This document shows, one piece after another, positions 40,082 to 53,283 of a stretch of 64,000 nucleotides of DNA. Each line of letters opens with the position of its first letter. The stretch's first letter is position 1. The notes beneath the pieces were generated by a model. The model saw only the letters and a list, made by a program, of their open reading frames with translations, was not told the origin of the DNA and ran no database searches. Both the position numbers and the translations under genes were made by a program. The DNA is taken from NCBI GenBank assembly GCA_025786725.1, contig JAHLTZ010000009.1, forward strand, positions 62,001-126,000. The letters run 5' to 3'. The stretch comes from Syncephalis fuscata S228 (Eukaryota; Fungi; Zoopagomycota).

Positions 40082-43000
40082 ATGAGTGATTACAAATATG
40101 AAAGCATAAATAATCAATTAAACTCAGTCAGTACACTTAATATGTCCAATAACGAAGGTCCTGATCTCACCAGTGACGAAGATGATGGGCCGCACCCATT
40201 TAAGCCGAAGCAATCCCCAGCCTTGAATTCAAATACTACCAATAGTGATAGCAGTAGTAGTAATACTAAAGAAATTAGTGTGCTGCCTATTGGTAGAGGA
40301 AGCGCTGCAACTGTAGGAATGGAAAATACAGAACTGCGCAATCGTCGGTATCCTACGACAGATACAACACAGCAGTATGAAAATCCAATGCCCATGATTT
40401 CTACTAGTCATTCAAATCAATGGAATTCACTGGAACGGGAAATCACTGGCTATGATTCTATTTATTCCGAGGCAGCCATGGCAGCAGCAGCAGCAGATGT
40501 AATACGTAATGTACATCGCACTGCACTTGAAAACAATCAGCCCACACTACTATCGGCTCAGCATAAAAAGTGGAAAAAGCATTATAACTGGTTGCGGCAA
40601 TGGCTACGTGATGTATTTGAACCGACAGTGTTGCGACGTGCCACTAAAGGATCGATGCTTTTCTTTATAGCGATGTTGCTTGTATTGATTAAACCAGTTG
40701 CTCATGCATTAGGCCGATCAAGCTACCTAATTATGATTTCGATCATTCTGATTCAGCCAGCTCGTCCTATTGGTGCGCATCTAGAAGCTACAGTGCTTAG
40801 TGTTGTTGCGCTGGTACTGGGTATTGGTTACTTGGCTGGTGCGCTTAGTATTAGTGCAGCTGCCAATGCAGCGCAAGTTCGACGTGGTGATGATCCTAGC
40901 GATGGCCGCTGGATTGCCATGGCTTTTCTATTATTTGGTGTATTCTGGGTGACGTGGATACGAGTACGTTTTCCACGTCTTTCTCAACCAGGTCATTTTG
41001 CCATTCTTACTATGGCATTCGGTTTGACAAAGGGCACTGCTGTAACATCATTTCAGCCCATAGTACTTTTTAATATTGGCATTCCTATTATATTGGGAAT
41101 TGCTCTTTCCTTAGGCGTTAACTTGTTTATTTTTCCAACTACAGCAAGTGATCTTAGAAGGTGAATTTAGTAAATACAGTAGTAATTGTGCTAATACACC
41201 AATACACGCTATAGAACGGCTACGACAAAAGCAATTAAAACGATCAAAGTACAGCTGATTCAGACAACTAGTGAGTTTCTGGCTCCTTCGCTTGAAACGA
41301 TCATTAATACGCCAAATCCATCACGTCGTCAAAGCACTAGCAATATCGGCCTAGCCTACAATGTATCGGTGTTACACTCGACCAAGACACGATCAGAACG
41401 TATTGATGATTTAATTAAGACCAAGCATCAGCTATCATTATCTATTCCATCATTAGTGGATTTAACCAAACATGCAGTGTATGAGGTCAATATTGCTCGC
41501 CATAATCCACGGGATTATAAACGGCTTTCTGGCGTACTAGCTGGTATTCAGCAACATCTGGCCAGTATGGTATTAGCGCTAAGAAGAGAGGAGGAATGGA
41601 TGCAAAAAGAAATGGAGATTGCTCGAATGGCACAAACTGAAAGTGTACAACCAATGAGATCTCCATCCCTCGAGGAAAGTACCTACGATAGCTCAATACT
41701 ATCTAAAGATCTGGGCCGACGATTAGGCCGAGTTACAATTAGACAACGTTTACAAGGAAGAGGCGATATTATATTACTTGCTCATATGGTTGATTTAACG
41801 CGTGACGCGGCACTTAAGCTAATGGAGGCATGTACGAGCATACTGGATTCTATGCATGATACAGTCGAACAAGATGTGTTTCCACAATCTGACCTACGGG
41901 CCATTTGGATACTGCTTACTTCTTGGATGCCCTTCCGATGGGCACAAGCAGCAATACCAGCTATAGAATTGGAAGAGGGCCATAATCGCCAAGAACAGCT
42001 GAATCAATTACTTGACGATGCACTTACCTTTTACGATATAGCAGAAAAGGATTGTATACGAGAAATGTATTCTCATTCAAAGCTAATTGGGCAGCGTGAA
42101 GAGCATTTTTTAGCATTTGGTTTTATTTATTCACTAAGAGAGATTGCCATGAAAATGCGGGAACTATTAGAGTTGGAGCCACGATTTTCGGTAACGCCTA
42201 ACTGTAGACAATGGCAAATCTGGTGGCCAAGTGTTGGTATTAGAAAATGGTTGCGTCGACGAGAAGATAGCGCAGAAGATGTTATTAATGGCGGCAATTA
42301 CATGGAATATGGTAAGATAGATTGCTGTTACTTGTATTTATCTAATTAAATAGTAATCGCTAGCGGAACGATTATGCGAAACAACCGAAAGAGCCGTAGA
42401 CGACGAGCAAACAAGAAAGCAAAATGCACGCTGGGCAAGAAAGAGAAACAAACGTTTAAGTTCACAACAAACGATGCACCAGCCAAGAGGTAGCCGGGTA
42501 CGCTTAACAATATGGCATATGATCCACTGGTTTCAAGGCTATCGGGTGAAATTCGCGTTTAAAATGATGCTATGTACATTTGCTATATCATTGACTGGTT
42601 ATATCAATGCAGATACCGACGCATTCTTTCAGAATGTGCATGGGCAATGGGCATTAACAACGGTATGGAGTAATTAGCAAGTGTTACTACCACGGCTAAT
42701 ATTTGAACATAGGCACTTTTTGTTCTTAGTATTGATATGGGTTCAACGTTTCTTTTGGGATTGTTTCGTTTGTTGGGTACTATATTTGGAACAGTTTGGG
42801 CAATATTTATTCTATCAGTTACTGAGCGTGAAAGTCCTTATATTATTGGCGGTCTAATGATGTTACATGGTAAGTATTGCGCGTAATACCATTAGAATTG
42901 GTGGTTAATAACACTTAATATTGTCGGTTTACTAGGTGTTATTGCTTGGAGAATGATGTACAGTCCAAAGACGCTACGTTTTGCCATTGCCTCGTTACTT

Positions 43001-43983
43001 ACCATATCATCAACTGTGCTTGGTTTCTACACCGGTTCGTACGCAGGACAGGATGTCATTCTTATTTGTCTTTATCGTGGTGCCGGTGTCTCTATTGCAC
43101 TACTTGTATCAATTACTATTCACCAACTTTTCTGGCCATTTTTTGCACGCAATGAGCTACGTAAACTACTTAGTTTATTGATTCATGAACTAGGACAAAC
43201 ATATGCAATGATTTCATCACTGCGACTTGTCGATCGCACTGATGCAGAATATCCAACAGTTTATACCAATGTTGAAAAGAGAATACATCTACTGCAGAGC
43301 GGACTGGTACGTGCCAATGAGCTATTGACGGCTGCAACCTCCGAACCTCGTTTAAAAGGACCATTTCCAGCTGATGTTTATCTAAAACTAATCCGTGCCA
43401 TGCGAGATAGTGCTGCATGGCTAGTAAGTATGCGATCAGCGGCACTTCAATCTCATCCGGCCAATGTGCGCCGAATTCTATCACCAAACATTTCGGCTCA
43501 TAGAGATTTGGTAAGTAGCTAATAAAGGCATTGTGATAAATAATACTCCAGTATACTAATAATAAATGGATGGCTAATTGGTATTAGACGGCCGCCGTGC
43601 TCCTGTACTACCACGTTGTGTCAGGTTCGCTACGTTCTAAACTGCCGTTGCCTGCCTATCTACCTTCGGCCCGTGCTGCTCGTCGACAAGCACTGCATTC
43701 CACATGGCCGGTATTCGAGTCGTTTAGTCCACGCGAAGACGAGCTGCGAAAGGGAAAAGATATAGCAGCATCGCCCAAGTCCATCAAATCAGACGACAAT
43801 ACTCCTGAATCGTCATCATCATCGCCGCTTTATGAGATATCCGACTCAGCCGGCATGCGTATGGCCTATTGGTTTGCCTACTCAGCTGGTCTATCTGAAC
43901 TGATTCGCGAACAAGAGAGACTGGCAAGTTATGTACAAAAACTTATTGGCGTTGATGAATTGATGGCATTTCATCTTGAGTAG
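40082..43983 (+). CDS. ArAE/FUSC/ALMT-superfamily membrane transporter (Bre4-like architecture), multi-exon
   Basis: Two TM clusters, each followed by a helical cytosolic domain. Motifs PARPIGAHLE, VNLFIFP, KFAFK, GQWAL, RLLGTIFG, LFWPFFAR, EPRLKGPFP and PLPAYLPSAR. Confidence 0.85.
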
Positions 43984-44119
43984 TAATTTATTTTTTTAAT
44001 TTCTAGATTTCATACAATTTTTAATAGATCATATATTTTATTTAATAATAAAGCGATTAATATTGTAAAAGTGGCAATTTGATTATCAAGTTATTTAAGT
44101 ATTTATTGTTTTGTTTGAT

Positions 44120-44565
44120 AGTCAAATGACTAATATTTAATAACATCCAATCTATTGAACATGATGATGGGTGGTGAGTGACATTAGCCATCAAATACTC
44201 ATTATTGTAGATTCATTATCCAATATGCATATATCCACCATTTACCTATATCATTCCCATTTTATCCCATATTACTATATATCATTTAGCAAGTTATATG
44301 TAATTGAAGCATAAAGAATATAATTTATTTAGTATAGTATAAAATGATATATAATGGCATAAGCATACATTGTTAATAATATAGGTAAATAGAGGATGTA
44401 TGAATACTGGATAATAAATCTATAATGATGAATATTTTGATTCATGACGTCACGCATTGCCCAGTTCCATGTTTAATAGAACAAATGTGTAGTATGACCG
44501 CGCAAATAGTATTAAATGTAGCCATTTGACATCAAATCACACTAAATTTCTAGTAAATTGTTTAA
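44120..44565. repeat. Inverted pair of the dispersed repeat core (foldback hairpin)
   Basis: Plus arm ~44120-44260 (AATCTATTGAACATGATGA...GTAGATTCATTATCCAATATGCAT). Minus arm ~44380-44565 is the reverse complement of the ~340-560 type. Confidence 0.7.
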
Positions 44566-45003
44566 TAATATTTAATTTACACTTGCCTTAATGTTATTAT
44601 TTCACCTATGGTCATTATGTAAACTATTATGTTTTGTTTTCTAAATATGAAAAACTAGCGAAAGCAAATACAACTAAAGAATGTTCGAATGTTACCTTGT
44701 ACTCGTGAGACGAACTGGCGCCGTGCTTATTCTCAATAGGCCTTGAGTGGGTATGTAGGCCATCTTGAATGGAAATGCACGTAGTGTGGGGTTGTGATAC
44801 TCTAATACCAGTAAAAATAATTTTTAGAGGTCAGCTGAGTTAACAAGCTTAAGCATCGTAAATAAATATAAACACTTAGTTTGCCAGCCGAAAAACTTCG
44901 TTTTTTAGTGCCGCCACCTTCGTTTTAACGACTTCATCCAATACCAAAGTATTAGTTTATTACGACTAACATCAAGCGTGTTATTTATTGATTTTATTTA
45001 GTT

Positions 45004-46328
45004 ATGACAGTTATGAATTTATTTGTGTTATTTCTCGCAGCGGCCATTAGCAGAGTACCTATGCTAGCTGAGGCTGCGACCAGCTGCAACGGTTCGTCAA
45101 ACTACTGCCAGCTACCGTTTGATCGCTACACTTTTGCTGGTACGCATAACTCGGCTGCTTACCATCTAAAGCCGGATTGTACACTGGCAACTGGTAAATG
45201 TTCTAAAGCCATTGGCACCTGTATTGAGACTGGCTCCAAATGTTCCCAGCCATGGCGCGAGAAATGCCGTGAAACTCAAGAAAAATGTAATAGCAAGGTG
45301 CCACCATGGCTGGGCAAAGTGTGTGACACGTGGGGCAAGACATGCACGGCAACAAGCCGCTTATGCGACGGCTGGACCGACATCTGCAAAGTGCCACTAC
45401 AGGCATGTTCAGGTAGTGCGCCGATTATCTGTAACAATGCACCCGAATGGTTTATGAAGTGTCTGTGGGAGAATCAGCCTGGCAAAGACATTAAACAACA
45501 GCTGGCTGATGGTAAGTAATATGTAATATAAGTGTATTATTATATAATAATTAATCTTATTTAACTATTAGGTATTCGGTCGTTCGACATAGATACCTGT
45601 GTGACTCATGATGGAAATGTTGTCACTTGTCATGGTATGGGCGTCACACGAGCGCTAGGTGATGGCCTAGATGTTCATCTTCAACAAATAGCCGAGTTTC
45701 TTAATGCAAACCGAGATCAAGTGATTGCCATCGAGTATATGGATACAGATGGTGATACTGCCGTTATTGCACGCGAATTAACTGCGCTATTAAACGCCAT
45801 TTAAACGGTCGACTATGGGAGCGTTCGTCGACTGCTGAACCATGGCCAACTCTTGGGCAAATGATTGATATGGGCAAGCAAGTAGTGATCTTTTCAGGTT
45901 CTATTGCCGACTCGCTACCTGGATCCGCTCGTCCTGCCTGGATTCATAATCGCGATAGTTACTATCGTAACACTTGGAATTACGCTAATGGTGCGCACAG
46001 TCCCAATCAAATGGCCGATATTATGCTGGCATACAACCCATCGGGATCCGATGCCGATCGCTGGCAATGCGTTGACTTTGAATACTCTCCCGATAGCAAA
46101 ACACTGCTTGAACAAATGAAGAATGGAAATATTCCTAGTATTTGTTTGGAACGTCTAGCAACCGACATGAATCGACGTGTGCCCGAAGTTGTAAACAAAT
46201 ATGCAGATCGTTTTCGACATGTACATCGTGTTCGTGTAGATTATTACTATAATGCTAAAGATCTGTTATTCAACTCGGTAAAAAAGATGAATGCACGTAA
46301 TTTCCAATTATTTGCTCGCCCGCAATAA
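45004..46328 (+). CDS. Secreted PI-PLC-like phosphodiesterase with Cys-ladder insert, paralog B
   Basis: Same motifs as paralog A. Intron 45512-45571 and one apparent frameshift at ~45800. Confidence 0.87.
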
Positions 46329-46523
46329 AGGCCCGCAATAATAGTATTTATTTATTATTAAATATTGGCTAGTATTTAAATTCAAGGGGGTGTTATCTAT
46401 ATATCGCCCCTGGAGGAGAAATAATAAATTTATATTACAATGTCCTTATAATAATTCTGATTAATAACTTTCTATACTACGATGCCTCTACAGTAATTTT
46501 AATTGACAACCTTTTGTATTAAA

Positions 46524-47947
46524 ATGTATCAAAGTTCTATTATTTACGCTTTGTGTATTTTTCTGTGCATCGATATTGTCGTTCGTGCCAATACATTGAG
46601 TCGACGCACTGACACCAATTGCAACGGAAGTACATCTTTGTGTAACTTACCATTTGACCATGTAACTTTTGCTGGCACTCACAACTCGGCTGCATACCAT
46701 TTGAAGCCCGAGTGTCCTCAGACACTAACCAGCTGTGGCGGTAGTGAACAATCTGTGTGTCAGAACACAGAACGTCAATGCTTAGATGGATGGGAAGAGA
46801 AGTGTACACAGTCTACTCAAAGCTGTAAATCCAACTTGCCAGAAATATTATCGTTTCTTTCAGTGTTTTGTACAGTATGGGAAGACACCTGTACATTAGC
46901 TGAGAATGTGTGCAAAGGATGGCAACTAGTATGTACTAAAACAGTAAAAGCCTGTTCCACTGGAATCAATTGGATGTGTGAAGCTACACCAGACTGGCTA
47001 AAAGATTGTGCATGGCAAAATCAGGCCAATCATGATATTGCCCAACAGTTAAATGACGGTAAGAAATAATATGGTTTATTTAAATTGATTAATTAACAAT
47101 TACAATAATAACAATAATAACAACAATAATAATAATATAGGAATACGTGCACTTGATATTGATCTTTGTCTTGATAAGATGGCCAGTTGGTAGTTTGCCA
47201 TGGTATGGGAGAATTACGTGCACTAGGAGCCGGTCTTGTCGAAGTATTAGGCCAAGTAAAAACTCACTTAGAAACAGTACCAGATACAGTGCTTGCCATT
47301 GAGTTTGGCGATGTGGATGGAGACAAGTTAAAAATTGCTCCTCTTTTACGCGATACGATTAAAGAACAGCTCAGTGGCTATCTTATCGAACATCCCGATT
47401 CCAATTCAACATGGCCAACCCTTGGTCAGCTTATTGCTAAAAAACAACGTGTAGCTATTTTTGCCAGCGACTGGATTAACACATTAACTGATACTGAAAG
47501 ACCTGCGTGGCTACTATCTCGTGGAGATTATTAATTGGTAGTTGGAGTTATACAGGACAGCGCCATACTGCGGATGAGGTTGTTGCTGCACTACACGAAC
47601 ATGTCAATGCAGCAAATAACAGCAATCAGAAGATGGAGTGCCTTGACATGGAGTAAGTAGTTTGTTTGCATAGTTATTTATTTATTAACTCATACTTGGT
47701 GCATTGTAGATTATCGCCAAATATAGACGGTTTTCGAAATAAGATTACGCAACTTACCGATGTCTGTTTGCCAGATCTAGCAATGTCAATGAACAAGCAT
47801 ATTATTTCCATTGCTCAAGAGTATATTGCAGTCAAGAAACGCGTCCATCGCATACGTATCGATAATTATTGGACTGTTTTACCACAACTGTTAGAGGCGG
47901 TTTCGCTGTTAAACGATATGAATCTGACATCCAATGAAAATTATTAA
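46524..47947 (+). CDS. Secreted PI-PLC-like phosphodiesterase with Cys-ladder insert, paralog C
   Basis: Same motifs as paralogs A and B. Introns 47059-47140 and ~47653-47709, with apparent frameshifts at ~47180 and ~47530. Confidence 0.85.
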
Positions 47948-48017
47948 TTAATAAAATTTTTTAAACTATTTTATTTGAAGTAATTATCTGTAGTCTATAA
48001 CTGAATCGTTGATCGCC

Positions 48018-50207
48018 ATGGCAAACAGCAGCAATGGCTTTGCTGATCAGCCCACGAATACAGCATTACGATCAAATGATCATGTTAATGAGCATAATAA
48101 TATGAAGGAACAAGAAGATTTTATTGCTTTTGCGCCTTCCGACGAGGAGATCAATGTAACAAATACACAAGGTATAACACAGCAGGAGAGTAGAAAAGAG
48201 CAAATAGAGGAGAAAAGCCCAGAGAATCGAGGTAAACACTACCGCGATAGAGATCGGGAACAGGACGAAAGTGACGACGATGACTATCGCAATAGAGCTA
48301 AGAGCAGTAAAAGCCAAACGAAACACGGTAAAAAACGAGCTAGATCGCCTTCGGAAAGCGACTCGCCTTCCAACCAGCGGAGTAAGACATGGAGGGATGA
48401 GGCTGCAATGGATATTTGGCGGGAGAAGGAAGCGCCATGGGCAATTGAGCAGCAGTATTTGGGAGAACCAGCGGAAAGGTAAACAACAAAGCAACACTTG
48501 ATTAAATCAAAGACGACTAATATGTGATGTTAGATTACATCAGGAAATAGTAGACTTTATAAGTTATATATCACCTAGTCCTGAAGAACATGAAATGAGG
48601 TTATTAGTGGTGAAGCAAATTGAACAAGTAGTTGAGCATTTGTGGCATGATGCAAAATTATACATTTTTGGCAGTTACGAAACGCAAATTTACTTGCCTA
48701 CAAGGTACATTAGTAACGATAAGCTATAAGCTATTTATCTAACTGTTGACCTAAAATATCAGTGACATTGATGTTGTAATTACTGCTCCACATCTTACCG
48801 CGCTTGATAAACATCGGCTGGTTGATGAACTCTATTACCTATCGAACACATTAAAAAGAAAAGGAATAGCAGCGGAAACACGCGTAGTTGCTAGAGCCAA
48901 GGTCTGTGCTAAACATGAGTAATCAAGCATGCATTAATTTAATTGTTATATGTTAGGTTCCAATTATTAAAATGGTTGAAGCAGCTACTGGATACCATCT
49001 AGATATTTCTTTGAATATCACAAACGGTATCAGTAGTGCGCGTACGGTAAAACGATTTATTGAACAAATGCCTGCTCTTCGCCCAATTATGTTATTGGTC
49101 AAGCAGTTTTTGACGCAACGTTCAATGAACGAGGTGTTTAGCGGCGGTCTAGGCTCGTATTCTTTAATGATTATGACTGTGAGCTTTTTACAGGTAGATT
49201 AGCTGGCTATTGCTTTAAACATCTATCTAATAGTTTATAGATGCATCCGTTGGTACAAACGAAGCAAATACAAGCAGAGGAGAATTTGGGTACTTTATTT
49301 ATGGAGTTTCTTGAGCTGTATGGTCGAAACTTTGCCTACGAAAATGTCGGAATTCGAATAACTAAAAATGGCTCATATTATAGAAAGGTAAGCGAAACTG
49401 CATTATATTTATAAACATAATAACAACAATATTATTGATTTGTAATAGAGAGATATGGGACGATTACAGCCAAATGTAGCGTCAGCGCCATCATTGGAGG
49501 ATCCAAATGATTCGAGCAACGACGTTGGTGTTGGAAGCTTCAACATGCATCGTGTTCGACAAGCATTTAATGGAGCGTTTGAAAAAATGAAAATGGCACT
49601 CGTTCAGTCTATAAGAGATCCACGTGCTAGTCAGCATCCTACGCTGCTATCTCACATCATTAACATACAGGATAGAGCACGCAACCATCGATTGCAAGTA
49701 GCTGAGGTATATTTAAATGGCGAAATGCACAGAACGCTCAATCTAAACCAAGGATTTACAGCTGACAGCGCAGATAATCGTAAAACAAATGCAATGCCAA
49801 TTACATCCCGTGCTGCTCAAAAGGCTCCACAGATATCTTATGTCGATGAAAGCGACGAAGACTTTGAGCAAATGGCTAAGCGAATGACGGAAGATCAAGG
49901 ATTTTCTGATGATTTTGATGATTTTGTTGGTGGTTCAGACGAACACGAGCTGACATTAAGTGCGACACACGATAATTCCTCACGGGAGCTAGACAGTGTT
50001 GTTCAGAAGTTTTCAGTTCGTATTCCTTCTGCAACATCAGGATCGACAAACGGTCATGACTCCAACTCGGAGCATGAACTATCCGCCGATGAAGTGGCAT
50101 TGGAAACGACATTTTCTAAGGCAAATAACCAAAAGCAACGGCGTCAAACGAACAAACGACAAAAACAGTACAAGAACGTTTTTAGAAAACAGCGGAAAGC
50201 TCGCTAG
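48018..50207 (+). CDS. TRF4: Non-canonical poly(A) polymerase of the TRAMP complex (Trf4/5, Cid14), multi-exon
   Basis: RLHQEIVDFISYISPSPEEH, FGSYETQIYLPTSDIDVV, ARAKVPIIK, NEVFSGGLGSYS, ENLGTLFMEFLELYG and EDPNDSSNDV. Confidence 0.92.
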
Positions 50208-50527
50208 TAGTTTGGAATTGTATAAAAATAACTTAGTTGCTTATTAAAATTGATTAACGTAAGCTATTTTCTTACATAATTTGAATTTAACAATACATTA
50301 CAATAAAACATTGGTTTACATTATGTTTTTGCTTTTATTAGTATGTAAATATGGCACACATTAAAATTAATTTATAAAAATCTTATTAGGTTAAAATAAA
50401 TGGTTTATGACTATCATATTAGTAAATAGATTTAAACGCATACTATCAACAATGTATTTACAAATAATAGAGCCTTTTAATAGAAAAAATAATGCCACAA
50501 TATTAAATAAAGAATATTTGATTGTTA

Positions 50528-50682
50528 ATGTGCTATAGCACTTTCCACTTAGTACATATTGTATTGCAAAGAGGATGAAAAGAATTTAGCATGATTATTT
50601 TGAATAAATTTGCTATGTTCCAAAAGCTAATATTTATTCGTTGATCTATTATTAAATATTTGTGTAATGTTCTATTGGATAT
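50528..50682 (-). repeat. Dispersed AT-rich repeat, inverted copy of ~14798-14955 and ~58588-58742
   Basis: AGAATTTAGCATGATTATTTTGAATAAATTTGCTATGTTC is the reverse complement of sequence 3' of both subtilisin genes. Confidence 0.75.
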
Positions 50683-50911
50683 TATCTGAGATGCAGTGTA
50701 ATGATAAGACAATTAACTAAATAATAAATTGTATTTTCTAGAATTTCTAGACAATTTATTTCGCTTTAATTAATAAACCATAACTACAACAGATGCAATA
50801 TATTTATAACGCAGCATGTACTATTGTTACAATCAGCGTGTCTTGAATCAAAATTTGCTAATATTTTTAACAAATATAGCATTAATTTATTAGCTCAAAT
50901 GGTAAAGTCAT

Positions 50912-52399
50912 TTACAATTTTGCAACTGAACGGCTATAACTATTTGCAGTTAAATTGATCTCCAACAATTCGTGCACTTTTTTGGCACTGCCCCAGCTAC
51001 TTTGATATCCTAATAACAACAGTAAATTTTAGCTTGTGTTTTGCTATATTAGACACACAAACCTTGACCGCCATGACCGTAGTTATGAAGTAACAGGATT
51101 GATCGACCATTGATTTCTGCATTCAGTTGGTTAGTGTTTTAATAGTATTATTCTTAGTTGGTATACCTTTCTTTTCGGCTTCAATGCGTATTCCTCCTAC
51201 ACGTGTTGTACGCATCCCAACCGCATGTTTAACAACATCAAGCTTGCCTGTCTTGGGATCAACTAAATCGGGAAGACGAGAAACTGCATGCTCCATAATT
51301 TTACTGGCTATCTTCGGATCTGGATTTGGATCGCTAAATGATCAGATATCAGGCAGTATTAGCATTAATGGCACAAGTGCGATTTAATATTTACCAGTTG
51401 TAAGATTGATAAGTGCCACCTAGCACGACGATACCATCATTACGTGGAATCACATAGTTAAAAATATCAGCTGTAAAAGTAACAATAAATACAGTGTATT
51501 TTAGTTACAGCAATATACTAGACTTGCCTCCGACCAACGTAATTGCTTTGCGAAAGCCTGGACGTCGTACTAGTACAGTCTGTCCACGTGTGGGATAACA
51601 ATTGGGATCTTGAACTCCACCGAGAGTATGTGCACCATTGCCCGAGCAATTGATCACAACTCGGGGCGTTGAGTAGTTTGTAGTTGGAACGACACGTAGT
51701 ATGTCGCTCCAATTGGCAAGACGAGCACGATAGAGCGTACCACCGCGCTGTTCTATCTGACGCTGAAGCCAACCAAATAAATGGGTGTATTTATTGTTAC
51801 TAACACGTGCCACATTATTAATGAAGAAATGGCCATCGTAGTAGAAAATACCGAAAATCCACTTACTAGTTTGGTAGGCATAGCCAATCTGATACTGCGG
51901 AAGCAACTCATGCTTTTCCAACACGCGGAACTACCATGTATAGTTGCGATTAGCTATCTCACTAGCCGATAAGCTACACTTTGGCTTACGAACATTCTTA
52001 ACTATCGTTCGGAACCACGGGATAGCCCCCTGTTGCGATATGTCCGAGTAGTTGTCCTCGTTATCGACAAACATAATACCGGCGTCACGGCCGACTTCCG
52101 CTTCGAGCTGTGTCAACTTTTCCAACGTGTACGTATCCATTTCTAGATATCAACGCGGTGAGGTGAAACCAGCATGTCACCATGCTAAACTTACCTCGCT
52201 GCAGCAAGTCTTCGGAATGTGCCATGGTGCGCCAGTGCGCGCCGGCCCATGGCGACGTGTAATCGGGATGATATTCCCCAGGCAAATGCTCGCCCACCAA
52301 GCTAACTCGATATCCTTGTTCGAGCAAAAATAATGCGGTTGTTAGGCCGATCACACCCGCGCCAATAATCAACACTTCTGGCTGTTTAGGCATTGCCAT
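50912..52399 (-). CDS. DAO1: D-amino acid oxidase family flavoprotein, peroxisomal, multi-exon
   Basis: IIGAGVIGLTTA, YTSPWAGAHW, VINCSG, PTRGQTVLV, YVIPR and HNYGHGGQGYQSSWGSA. C-terminal AKL is a PTS1 signal. Confidence 0.9.
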
Positions 52400-52891
52400 G
52401 CTATTGCGATAAAGTAACTATAAAAACCAATCAAGGTAACAATGTTATACTGGAGTCAGTGACAAGTCGTAATACCCGTTGTGGCAATTGCACGGCATTA
52501 TCCACGTTTCTCAAGTGCTCATTTATGTCGTCCAATCAAAATGTAGTAAAAATATCAGGTTCTGCCTAAACTGTTTATCACATGGTGGCACCAATAAGAT
52601 ACTGCTTCAAGCAAAGACTCTGTTTGAATAAATAAAAGACAAAGCTGCTCCATTTTGCATTGTTCCTTCTTGCTTGTTCGCATACACAATAACGCAGCCC
52701 AACAGCTTTGGTGATTTTATGCTTGCTAGCTTCAGCTTTGAATTGTTCTTAGATACGTTTACTATAAATATAGAGACCATTTGAAAGTTAAATCGACACA
52801 TTAGTAAAACTTTTATATTTTGCATTACTAGGCCTAAATATAGCAACCCATCAGGGATTCATTGATTAAATACCTTTATTGTCTATTCAAA

Positions 52892-53283
52892 ATGCTTCGC
52901 TATATTGCATTTCTTACTTTGATATTGGTATTAAGTATTATTGGTCAGGGATTAAAAGCAGATGCGGCGGCTATTTTGAATGAAGCAAGCGGTAATTTGG
53001 CAACCAAATGTTTACGTAATTTGCTAATTTTAATTATATTTTAGATGGTGGCGATATTAAAGAATATACATATGATACTAAAGTAGATCAAGTCTCCTCT
53101 GTTAATAAACAAGACGATGCACTTGAAGCCACGGCCTCAGATACAAAAAAGCGATCTCGGCCATGCATATCATGTTTCTGGCTTCCTACATGTGACAAAA
53201 TACCGTGTACCAATGGTACTTGTCGCGAAACACCGCAGACTTGCTATAAATGTGGTACAGCTATCTGTTTTCCGGATAATTGA
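52892..53283 (+). CDS. Small secreted precursor (112 aa): signal peptide, acidic pro-region, KKR, then an 8-Cys Opy2-like peptide
   Basis: Exon 52892-52991, GT-AG intron 52992-53044 with GCTAAT branch, exon 53045-53283. Predicted mature peptide SRPCISCFWLPTCDKIPCTNGTCRETPQTCYKCGTAICFPDN. Confidence 0.8.
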
